IMG/VR virus record: IMGVR_UViG_3300031259_000021
Span: 1 to 51,481 of that record
Source of the DNA: a virus
Taxonomy: Duplodnaviria; Caudoviricetes
Length of the DNA stretch: 51,481 nt
Strand: one strand, 5' to 3'
A model generated the notes under the pieces. The model saw only the letters and a list, made by a program, of their open reading frames with translations, did no database searches and had not been told where the DNA came from. This document shows positions 43,728 to 51,481 of the stretch, piece by piece. Within the stretch, counting starts at the first letter, position 1, and each line of letters starts with the position of its first letter. Both the position numbers and the translations under genes were made by a program.

Positions 43728-45248
43728 ATGGACTTCGGAGGAGAATTCCCACCACCCCGTGATTTCCAGGAGAAGACCCTCGAATCCTTGAGACAAGGGA
43801 TCCGCGAGGGCCACCGCCGGCAATGTGCCATGGCGCCCACCGGCGGAGGCAAGACCTACATCGCCATGCGTGTCATTGAGCGGGCCCTCGCCAAAAGCCG
43901 GCGCGCCCTGTTCATCGCCGACCGGATCACCCTCATCAACCAGACCTCGGAGACGGCCGAGCGGTACGGCCTCTGGAACCACGGCATCATCCAGGCCAGC
44001 AACCCCCGGATGGACCTGGCCCGTCCGTTTCAGATCGCCAGCCTTCAGACCCTGGCGGCCCGCGGCTGGCCCAAGGACATCGACGTGATCGTGGTCGACG
44101 AGTGCCACACCCAGTACAAAACCTGGGTCGACTACGTCACCAGCGACGAATGCACGGCGCAGGTGATCGGCCTCAGCGCCACACCGTTCTCCAAAGGCCT
44201 GGGCAAGGTCTTCACGCGCCTGGTCAACGCCGCCACCATGCACGAGCTGACCGAGCTGGGGATCCTGGTGCCCATGCGCCTGTTCTCCTGCCGGAAGCCG
44301 GATATGTCCGGGGCGGCGACGGTGGGCGGGGTCGCCAACGGGGAGTGGACGGCCGAGGCCGCCAGCGAGCGGGAGATCGCCATCGTCGGCGACGTCGTCA
44401 CCGAGTGGACCCGCCACGCCTTCAACCTGAAGACCATCGTCTTCGGCGCCACCATCGTGCACTGCGAGGAGCTGTGCAAGCAGTTCCTCGCGTGCGGGGT
44501 CCAGGCCGCGGTCTTCACGGCCAACACCACCGAGGAGGAGCGGGCGGTGCTGCTGGAGGAATACCGGCGCCACGATTCCAGCCTACGCGTCCTGATCAGC
44601 GTCGAGGCCCTGGCCAAGGGCTTCGATGTGCCCGACGTCGAATGCGTCTGCGACTGCCGGCCGCTCAGGAAAAGCCTCTCCACTGCCATCCAAATGTGGG
44701 GCAGGGGCCTCCGCTCCTCCAAGGAGACCGGGAAGACCGAGTGCCTGCTGCTGGACTTCTCCGGCAACATCATCCGGTTCATGGCCGACTACGAGCGGAT
44801 CTTCTTCGAGGGCCTGGACAAGCTGGACGACGGGGAAAAGCTCGACAAGGAGGTTCGCAAGGACGAGGAGCACGAGCCCAGGCCCTGCCCGGCCTGCGGC
44901 TACACCCCCTTCGCTAAGAAGTGCATGCGCTGCGGCCACGAGGTCAAGCCGGTGTGCCTGGTGGAGCACCTGCCCGGGCACATGGAGGAGGTCATCCTCT
45001 GCGGCAAGAAGAAGCTGGCCAACGACAAGATGGACCTGTGGACCCAGGTCGCCACCTACGCCCGCCAGAGGGCCAAGCCCGGCGGCAACCCGGCCGGCAG
45101 GGCCGCCCACCTGTTCAAGGACATCACCGGCGAGTGGCCGCCCCGCGGCTGCAAGTTCGAGACCACGCCCGAGGTACAGCCCACCCGGAACACCATGGAC
45201 AAGATCCGCTCCCTGAGCATCGCCTTCGCGCACAGGAGGGCGTCATGA
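43728..45248 (+). CDS. SF2 DEAD/DEAH-box helicase, allele B
   Basis: Same motifs as 103-1710; lacks the Cys4 insert. Confidence 0.92.
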   Translation: MDFGGEFPPPRDFQEKTLESLRQGIREGHRRQCAMAPTGGGKTYIAMRVIERALAKSRRALFIADRITLINQTSETAERYGLWNHGIIQASNPRMDLARPFQIASLQTLAARGWPKDIDVIVVDECHTQYKTWVDYVTSDECTAQVIGLSATPFSKGLGKVFTRLVNAATMHELTELGILVPMRLFSCRKPDMSGAATVGGVANGEWTAEAASEREIAIVGDVVTEWTRHAFNLKTIVFGATIVHCEELCKQFLACGVQAAVFTANTTEEERAVLLEEYRRHDSSLRVLISVEALAKGFDVPDVECVCDCRPLRKSLSTAIQMWGRGLRSSKETGKTECLLLDFSGNIIRFMADYERIFFEGLDKLDDGEKLDKEVRKDEEHEPRPCPACGYTPFAKKCMRCGHEVKPVCLVEHLPGHMEEVILCGKKKLANDKMDLWTQVATYARQRAKPGGNPAGRAAHLFKDITGEWPPRGCKFETTPEVQPTRNTMDKIRSLSIAFAHRRAS

Positions 45249-46210
45249 TCCCCCTCGAAAAGACAACGGCCGCGGCCCAGGGCCGGTGGCGGGACATCCT
45301 GCTGCACTTCGGCGTGGAGGCCCGATACCTCGAGGACCGGCACGGGCCCTGCCCGCTCTGCAGGGACGGGGAGGACCGCTTCCGCTGGGACAACACCGAC
45401 GGCAACGGCGGGTACTACTGCTCTGCCTGCGGGCCCGGCTCGGGCATGCACATGCTCATGGTCCTGAAGGGCTGGGACTTCCCCCGGGCGGCCAAGGAGG
45501 TGGACGCCTTCTTGCCGAACGCCAAGGTGGAGCAGGCCCGGGCCGTGCGCAGCGAAAAGTCAAAGGAGGACGCCATTCTCCAAGTCTGGAACACGTCGCG
45601 CCGCTTGGCCCTTGGAGATCCCGTGTGGACCTACCTGGAGTCCAGGTGCGGACCTCTCGACCCACCACCCAGGAACATCCGGTTCCACCCCTCCCTGCGC
45701 CACAGCGTGGATGGAGGGAACCATCCAGTGATGGTCGCCAGGTCCTTCTTTGCCGACGGAACGCCGGGCGGATTGCATCGAACGTTCCTCACCCCAGATG
45801 GAAGGAAAGCACAGGTAGACCCCGTTCGGCAGGCCCTGGGCAAGCTGCGGCGCGAAGCGGATGGGCCTGGGGCTGCAATTCCGTTGACCCTCAAGGCCGA
45901 TCGCCTGGGGATCGCTGAAGGCATCGAGACGGCGATCTGCGCCGGCATTCTGCACGACATGCCGGTTTGGGCCGCCATAAGCGCTAACGGGCTGAGGGCC
46001 TGGGTCCCTCCGGAGGGTGTTCGATCCGTGGTGGTCTTCGGGGACAACGACGCAAACCGTGTCGGCCAGAAGGCCGCCTGGGCATGTGCGTCCCATATGG
46101 CCGACTTGGGCCTGGACGTAGAGGTGTGCATCCCTCCCATCCCTGGGCAGGACTGGCAAGACGTATGGGCCGTGCAGCACGCGCAGCCCAAGCTGCAGGG
46201 GGTGGCCTGA
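45245..46210 (+). CDS. Primase (Zn + TOPRIM), allele B
   Basis: N-terminus nearly identical to 1707-2642; divergent TOPRIM half with AEGIETA, FGDND, DWQD. Confidence 0.88.
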   Translation: MIPLEKTTAAAQGRWRDILLHFGVEARYLEDRHGPCPLCRDGEDRFRWDNTDGNGGYYCSACGPGSGMHMLMVLKGWDFPRAAKEVDAFLPNAKVEQARAVRSEKSKEDAILQVWNTSRRLALGDPVWTYLESRCGPLDPPPRNIRFHPSLRHSVDGGNHPVMVARSFFADGTPGGLHRTFLTPDGRKAQVDPVRQALGKLRREADGPGAAIPLTLKADRLGIAEGIETAICAGILHDMPVWAAISANGLRAWVPPEGVRSVVVFGDNDANRVGQKAAWACASHMADLGLDVEVCIPPIPGQDWQDVWAVQHAQPKLQGVA

Positions 46211-46590
46211 TGTCAGGCGGGTATTCCAAACTCTTTTCGGGCATCCTCACCAGCTCCATCTGGTGCGAGCCGGACCACGTCCTCCGCGTCTGGATCGCCA
46301 TGCTGGCCCACTGCGACGCGGACGGCTACGTCCCGGGGTCGGTCCCGGGGTTCGCGTCCATGGCCCGCGTGGGCCTCCCGGAGATGCGCGAGGCTATCGC
46401 CAAGCTGGGAGCTCCCGACCCCGACAGCCGCAACCAGGACAACGAGGGCCGGCGCATCGAGACCGTGGAGGGCGGGTGGCAGATCCTCAACTATCCGATC
46501 TACCGGAACATGTGCCAGGACAAGCCCGGATCTAAGGCCAAGGCGATGCGGAAATCGAGGGCCAAAAACAAGGGCGCTGACCCTGGGTAA
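46210..46590 (+). CDS. Initiator-like protein (copy of 2642-3022)
   Basis: Identical translation. Confidence 0.55.
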   Translation: MSGGYSKLFSGILTSSIWCEPDHVLRVWIAMLAHCDADGYVPGSVPGFASMARVGLPEMREAIAKLGAPDPDSRNQDNEGRRIETVEGGWQILNYPIYRNMCQDKPGSKAKAMRKSRAKNKGADPG

Positions 46591-46758
46591 CACGTTGCAA
46601 AACCGGTAACGCGTTACCTCTCGTGGTAACGCCAGGTAACACCGAGTAACGCCTGCCTCTGCTTCTGCTTCTGCCTTTGTTTCTTTTCCTGGGCCACCAG
46701 AAAAACAGGAACACGTACAGCATCCCCACCCCCCTGCACCCCCGCGAAAGGCCACCCC

Positions 46759-47112
46759 ATGAACACCACCTCCCCCACGCTGGCCCAGGAATCCCTCACG
46801 ATCATCCACCACCAGCCCACGAGGTGCTTCTTCCTCCTGAGCACCCAGCCGATCGGCTACGGCGCGCAGCGCCTGGTGCAGCAGGAGACGATCATCCCCT
46901 TCGGCTCTTTCTCTTCCCGCCCGGATCCCATCCGCCGGGCCTGGCTGTTCGTGGAGGCGAACCGCGCGATGCACCCGCGCCCCGAACCCCCCGCGCCCCC
47001 GCCCACCCGGCCCCAGGTACTGCGGAGTGCCCTGACCCGGTGCATCGGCTGGCTGGTCCCCCGGACCCCCGCCTCTGCGCGCGAGAACGTGTCTCATCGG
47101 GTGCCCCGGTGA
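46759..47112 (+). CDS. Hypothetical protein (copy of 3191-3544)
   Basis: Identical translation. Confidence 0.6.
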   Translation: MNTTSPTLAQESLTIIHHQPTRCFFLLSTQPIGYGAQRLVQQETIIPFGSFSSRPDPIRRAWLFVEANRAMHPRPEPPAPPPTRPQVLRSALTRCIGWLVPRTPASARENVSHRVPR

Positions 47113-47537
47113 AGCCCGAAGTGTTCGTCCTCCGGGATGACGACGACGCCGCCTCCCTCTACGCCTTCCTGAAGCTCAACCGGCGGCAGCAGGCTACCCT
47201 CGGCAAGCCGCTCTCTGTTGTCGTCTCCCTCGAGAAGACCAAGCGCAGCATCGCCGCCAACGCCTACTACTGGGGCGTGGTCCTGAAGCAGATCGCGGAG
47301 CAGGTGTGGGTCGAGGGCACCCGCCAATACGCTCCCAAGGTCTGGCATGAGGAGTTCAAGGACCGGTTCGCGCCACGGATCGATCACCCCCTCGGCGGCA
47401 GCTACCCCATGAGCACCACGGACATGGACGACGAGCAGTTCCAGACCTTCGTCCACGAGGTGGAGGTCTTCGCGGCCCAGGAGCTGCAGGTGCGGTTCGT
47501 GGACAGCCGGGCGGTGGCGCCAGGGTGGGCGGCCTGA
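47109..47537 (+). CDS. ninB: NinB-family protein (copy)
   Basis: Identical to 3541-3969. Confidence 0.7.
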   Translation: MKPEVFVLRDDDDAASLYAFLKLNRRQQATLGKPLSVVVSLEKTKRSIAANAYYWGVVLKQIAEQVWVEGTRQYAPKVWHEEFKDRFAPRIDHPLGGSYPMSTTDMDDEQFQTFVHEVEVFAAQELQVRFVDSRAVAPGWAA

Positions 47538-48076
47538 TGGGGAGGAAGTCGAAGCTCACTGAGGACCAGAAGGCCGACGTCCAGCGAAGGATGGCCGCCG
47601 GGGAATCCTGCCGCGCTCTCGCCCGGGAATTCGGGATGGCGGAGTCGAGCCTGCGAGCTTACTTTTCTGCGCGCGTGGCAAAAATCCAAACCACTGCAAA
47701 AAGGCTAGCTACGGTTGAGGATGAAGTTGCTGCGCTGCCTGTATCCGCGCAATTGACGGTGCGCGACCTCGCCGCGAACATGCGCACCACCGCCGCGAAC
47801 CTGGCCGCCGTCACTGCCCTGAACACCCGGACCGCCCACCGCCTGGCAAAGCTGGCCGACAAGACCATGGATCGGCTGGAGGATCCCGAGGTCAAGGCGG
47901 AGCGCAGGGAGGTGGAGCTGCTCAATCTCGCCACCTACGGCTCCCTCTCGCACAACCTCAGCCGGGTGGGCGTGTCCCTGGTCACCGCTGGCCACCCGCT
48001 GAAGCCAGACGAAGAGACCGGGCCGAACCTGGACGGCGCCATGGATGACCTGCGCCGCCGCTTGGGGATGGCATGA
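47537..48076 (+). CDS. Putative terminase small subunit (copy)
   Basis: Identical to 3969-4508. Confidence 0.65.
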   Translation: MGRKSKLTEDQKADVQRRMAAGESCRALAREFGMAESSLRAYFSARVAKIQTTAKRLATVEDEVAALPVSAQLTVRDLAANMRTTAANLAAVTALNTRTAHRLAKLADKTMDRLEDPEVKAERREVELLNLATYGSLSHNLSRVGVSLVTAGHPLKPDEETGPNLDGAMDDLRRRLGMA

Positions 48077-49398
48077 CGTCGATGGCCGAAGCGTTCCTGC
48101 AGCTGCCTGCCGCCGAGCAGGAGGCATACCTCGCGCGCATGGGCCCGGCCCTGCGCTACCGGTGGGACTTCTGGTCGCGCCCTGAGCAGCTGGCCCCGGC
48201 CGGCGACTGGGTCTGGTGGCTGATCAAGGCGGGCCGTGGCTGGGGCAAGACCCGCACCGGCGCCGAATGGGTGCGCGGCGAGGTTGAGGCCGGCCGGCGT
48301 GGGCGGTTCGCCCTGGTTGCCCGCACCGCGGCCGATGCCCGCGACGTGATGGTCGAAGGCGAGTCCGGGCTGCTGGCTATCTGCCCGCCCTGGCAAAGGC
48401 CCAATTACGAGCCCAGCAAGCGACGCATTACCTGGCCGAATGGGGCGCTGGCGACCGTGTACAGCGCCGACGAGCCGGACCTGCTGCGCGGCCCCCAGCA
48501 CGACGGCGCCTGGGTGGATGAGCTGGCCTCCTGGCGCTTCCCCGACGCTTGGGACCAGCTGCAGTTCGGCCTGCGCCTGGGCGACCACCCGCGCGGGGTG
48601 ATCACCACCACGCCTCGGCCCACGAAGCTGATCCGGGAGATTGCGGCCGCGAAGACCACGACCATCACGAACGGCCGGAGCCTGGACAACAAGGCCAACC
48701 TGGCGCCCGAGTTCTTCACCTTCATCGTGAACAAGTACGCCGGGACCCGCCTGGGCCGCCAGGAGCTGGAGGGCGAGATCCTGGAGGACAACCCGGGCGC
48801 CCTGTGGCACCGGGGCAACTTCGACACCAACCGGGTCACCAAGATGCCCGAGCTGCGCCGCATCGTGGTGGCCGCCGACCCGGCCGTCACCTCGAACGCG
48901 GACAGCGACGAGACCGGCATCATCGTGGCCGGCCTGGGCGCCGAGAACCCGCCGCACTTCTACGTGTTGGATGACCTGAGCCTGTCGGCCTCGCCCGACG
49001 GCTGGGCCCGGGTGCTGGTGATGGCCTATCTGCGCCAGAAGGCGGACCGCATCATCGGCGAGGTGAACAACGGCGGCGACCTCATCGAGACGATCATCCG
49101 CCATGTGGAGATCGACGGCAAGAAGGCGGGCCTGAACGCCAGCTACAAGGCCGTGCACGCCTCCCGGGGCAAGGCCATCCGCGCCGAGCCCATCTCCGCC
49201 CTGTACGAGCAGAACCGGGTGCACCACGTGGGCGCCTTCCCGGTGTTGGAGGACCAGCTTTGCGACTGGGACCCCGCCACCAGCACCGACAGCCCCGACC
49301 GCCTCGACGCCCTGGTCTGGGCCCTGACCGAACTGTCCGGCGACTCAACCGGGCCCATCAAGATCAACGCTGGCCTGCTGGGAAGGATGCGCCGATGA
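48073..49398 (+). CDS. terL: Terminase large subunit (copy)
   Basis: Identical to 4505-5830. Confidence 0.95.
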   Translation: MTSMAEAFLQLPAAEQEAYLARMGPALRYRWDFWSRPEQLAPAGDWVWWLIKAGRGWGKTRTGAEWVRGEVEAGRRGRFALVARTAADARDVMVEGESGLLAICPPWQRPNYEPSKRRITWPNGALATVYSADEPDLLRGPQHDGAWVDELASWRFPDAWDQLQFGLRLGDHPRGVITTTPRPTKLIREIAAAKTTTITNGRSLDNKANLAPEFFTFIVNKYAGTRLGRQELEGEILEDNPGALWHRGNFDTNRVTKMPELRRIVVAADPAVTSNADSDETGIIVAGLGAENPPHFYVLDDLSLSASPDGWARVLVMAYLRQKADRIIGEVNNGGDLIETIIRHVEIDGKKAGLNASYKAVHASRGKAIRAEPISALYEQNRVHHVGAFPVLEDQLCDWDPATSTDSPDRLDALVWALTELSGDSTGPIKINAGLLGRMRR

Positions 49399-49586
49399 AG
49401 AACCTGCTGCAGACCTGGGAGATGGAGCCCGGCCCGGGCGGCGTGCCGGTGGTGCCCGCCGCGGTAGACCACGACCGCCGCCTGCTGCCCCTCCTGGACG
49501 CCTATGGCAACCACATTCCCGACAAACGGCCGCGGGCCGGGTTCGGGGCTCACCTTTACGACCACGAAGGAAGGATGCGCCGATGA
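49395..49586 (+). CDS. Small hypothetical protein (copy of 5827-6018)
   Basis: Identical. Confidence 0.55.
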   Translation: MKNLLQTWEMEPGPGGVPVVPAAVDHDRRLLPLLDAYGNHIPDKRPRAGFGAHLYDHEGRMRR

Positions 49587-49984
49587 CCAGATTCCAGCAC
49601 GTTCCCCATCCCCACATCGAAGCACGGAAGGACCAGGCGCCGCCCCCACTGCTCCCCCGCCACCGCCTTGATCGGATCAACGACACCCTGGCCGTGCGCA
49701 TCACCAACGCGGTGGGCTCCATGTGGTGCGCCTACGCCTTCGGCCTCCTGGCCCTGGTCAGCCTGCCTGACGCCATCAAGGGCGGCACCGCGGCGCTCAT
49801 CGCCTGGATCGCCCAGACGTTCCTGCAGCTGGTGCTTCTGTCCATCATCCTGGTGGGCCAGAAGGTGGCCGGCGCCGCCTCCGACGCCCAGGCCGCCGCC
49901 ACCTACCGGGATACCGAGGCCATCCTGCACGAGCTGCTGGAGTTGCAGCGCCACCTGCACGCCCAGGACGGGGAGGGCGAATGA
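49583..49984 (+). CDS. DUF1003-like membrane protein (copy)
   Basis: Identical to 6015-6416. Confidence 0.6.
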   Translation: MTRFQHVPHPHIEARKDQAPPPLLPRHRLDRINDTLAVRITNAVGSMWCAYAFGLLALVSLPDAIKGGTAALIAWIAQTFLQLVLLSIILVGQKVAGAASDAQAAATYRDTEAILHELLELQRHLHAQDGEGE

Positions 49985-50169
49985 CCGACAAGAACTGGAT
50001 CAGCACCGGCAAGGCCAACAAGATCTTCAACCAGGGCATCGATGACCGCACCTTCCGCGACAACTTCCGCGACTGCGTGCAGAACCACCTCACCCCGGGC
50101 GGACAGTTCCGCTGGTTCCGGCCCGAGGTCGAGCAGCTGCGCGACGCGCCCAAGGACAAGGCGAGCTGA
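49981..50169 (+). CDS. Small HTH protein (copy)
   Basis: Identical to 6413-6601. Confidence 0.55.
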   Translation: MTDKNWISTGKANKIFNQGIDDRTFRDNFRDCVQNHLTPGGQFRWFRPEVEQLRDAPKDKAS

Positions 50170-50262
50170 AACACGGAAAAGGCGGAAAACCAGGAAAACA
50201 CGGAAGTAACATCCTGGATGCCTTCATGCGCGGGCGTGAGTCTTGGGTCATCCGAGGTTCAG

Positions 50263-50787
50263 ATGGCCGAGTTCATGCGCGCGTTGCCCTACGTGCTCGA
50301 CAATGAGGGAGCCAATCTGCCTCACGGCGGAAAGTGCGACATCCCCGGCGATTCCGGCGGCCGCACGAACTGTGGCGTCAGCACCCCAGCCCTTCTGGAT
50401 TTCAACCGCCGGCATCCCGAGCTGGGGTTCCCCGATGACCCTTGGGCGCTGACGCCCGACCAGATCGCCACGTTCTACCATATGGACTTCTGGGGCTACG
50501 ACGGCATCGCCGCCCAGCCCATTGCCACGAAGCTCATGGACATGGGCGTGAACATGGGCCGCGGCACGGCTGTGGAACTGGCGCAGAAAATCCTGGGCGT
50601 AACCGTTGACGGTGGATGGGGCCCTGCCTCTCAGGCGGCCGCCAACGCCCAGGATCCAGACGCGTTGCTTGACCACCTGGCCCAGGCCTCCACCGACCAC
50701 TACAACGCCATCGTCGCCCGCAAGCCGGCGGACGCGAAGTTCCTGCCTGACTGGCTCCGGCGCGCCGCCAGGGTGCCGAATGCCTGA
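50263..50787 (+). CDS. GH108 endolysin (copy)
   Basis: Identical to 6695-7219. Confidence 0.88.
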   Translation: MAEFMRALPYVLDNEGANLPHGGKCDIPGDSGGRTNCGVSTPALLDFNRRHPELGFPDDPWALTPDQIATFYHMDFWGYDGIAAQPIATKLMDMGVNMGRGTAVELAQKILGVTVDGGWGPASQAAANAQDPDALLDHLAQASTDHYNAIVARKPADAKFLPDWLRRAARVPNA

Positions 50788-51112
50788 CGCATGTGCGACC
50801 CCGGAGACCCTTACGACGAGCGCCCCTACGACTGGCCGTACTGGCCTGTTCCGGGATCTGGTCAGGCGGGACCGGCCGGAGAGCCCCGAAGCGTTCGTGC
50901 TGATGGGCACGACCGGCTTCCTGGGCTCTGGATTCCTGATGATGGCCTTTGCGGCCGCTCGTCGGATCTGGATCAAGGGTGACCTGGGCGCCGGAGCCAT
51001 GAGCGCAATTACCGCCACAGCCGCCTCGCTGGCACTGCTGATCGCCTACGTCAAGGGCCGGCGCCGGCCGGACGACGTTTCCCCTTCCACCCCATTCCAG
51101 GAGCCCCAGTGA
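50780..51112 (+). CDS. Holin candidate (copy)
   Basis: Identical to 7212-7544. Confidence 0.5.
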   Translation: MPDACATPETLTTSAPTTGRTGLFRDLVRRDRPESPEAFVLMGTTGFLGSGFLMMAFAAARRIWIKGDLGAGAMSAITATAASLALLIAYVKGRRRPDDVSPSTPFQEPQ

Positions 51113-51345
51113 AAACTCTTGAGCAGTACCTCCTCGACGCGGCCGACACCACCACGACCATGCACATGCTGGTCATGAAGCCCCGGGCCACTTCCACGGC
51201 GCCGGACGGCACGGTGACGCAGGCGCCGGTTTGTTTCTACATCCACCCCTCGGGCGTCGACGGCGAGACCCTGGACTTCGCGGTGGACGGGAACACCCTG
51301 TCCCAGGATCCCAGCGTGACCTACGCCGAGGAACCGGCCCAGTGA
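51109..51345 (+). CDS. Hypothetical protein (copy)
   Basis: Identical to 7541-7777. Confidence 0.65.
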   Translation: MKTLEQYLLDAADTTTTMHMLVMKPRATSTAPDGTVTQAPVCFYIHPSGVDGETLDFAVDGNTLSQDPSVTYAEEPAQ

Positions 51346-51481
51346 CCGCCAAGGGCTACCTCATCGCCGCCGTCCTGCTGCTCGCGGGCGGCGCCGGCCT
51401 GGGCTGGATGGCCCGCGGCTGGGGTAGCAAGAGCCAGCCCGCCGACCTGGCCCAGGCGGCCCAGCAGGACCAGACCGGGGC
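51342..51481 (+). CDS. Spanin-like protein (copy, partial)
   Basis: Matches 7774-7913; cut by the window end. Confidence 0.55.
   Translation, partial: MTAKGYLIAAVLLLAGGAGLGWMARGWGSKSQPADLAQAAQQDQTG

Larger units (their letters stand above)
1..51481. mobile_element. Temperate tailed phage (contractile tail), 43,568-bp repeat period, >1 genome length
   Basis: Complete terminase, portal, capsid, sheath, tube, tape measure, baseplate, lysis, integrase and repressor gene set; genes recur at offset 43,568; no host housekeeping genes seen. Confidence 0.96.
46201..51481 (+). repeat. Long direct repeat copy 2, matches 2633-7913
   Basis: Same sequence as copy 1, truncated by the window end. Confidence 0.95.

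Noticed and set aside
1-51481. Stop-codon reassignment
   Set aside because: Genes are intact under the standard code and end with TGA, TAA and TAG

Overview
The window is almost entirely one GC-rich temperate myovirus-type phage with a repeat period of 43,568 bp, read for about 1.18 genome lengths. Positions 2633-7913 recur, apparently identically, at 46201-51481. The adjacent 1-2632 and 43621-46200 segments are clearly divergent alleles of the same ParB-end/helicase/primase block. Gene order: replication, NinB, TerS/TerL, a lysis cassette placed between terminase and portal, a DUF1073/DUF2213/DUF2184-type head, a DUF3383-type contractile tail, baseplate and fibre. Then come an attP-like site (3' half of tRNA-Val(GAC), a terminator and paired arm-type repeats), a tyrosine integrase, a lower-GC lipoprotein moron and Xis. 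These are followed by a leftward early operon (MazG-like, RecE-like, pentapeptide-repeat genes), a cI/cro-type switch with readable operators and promoters, HNH, RusA-like and ParB-like genes, and a second replication allele. The most notable points are: two replication alleles around an attP-like junction (tandem heterologous prophages or a strain chimera); a candidate new spanin topology; a hidden -1 frameshift tail-chaperone ORF; one beta-module reused in three virion proteins; recurring A-x-D candidate maturation sites; and a truncated initiator with iterons. All family calls come from motif recognition and synteny by eye; no database searches were run.
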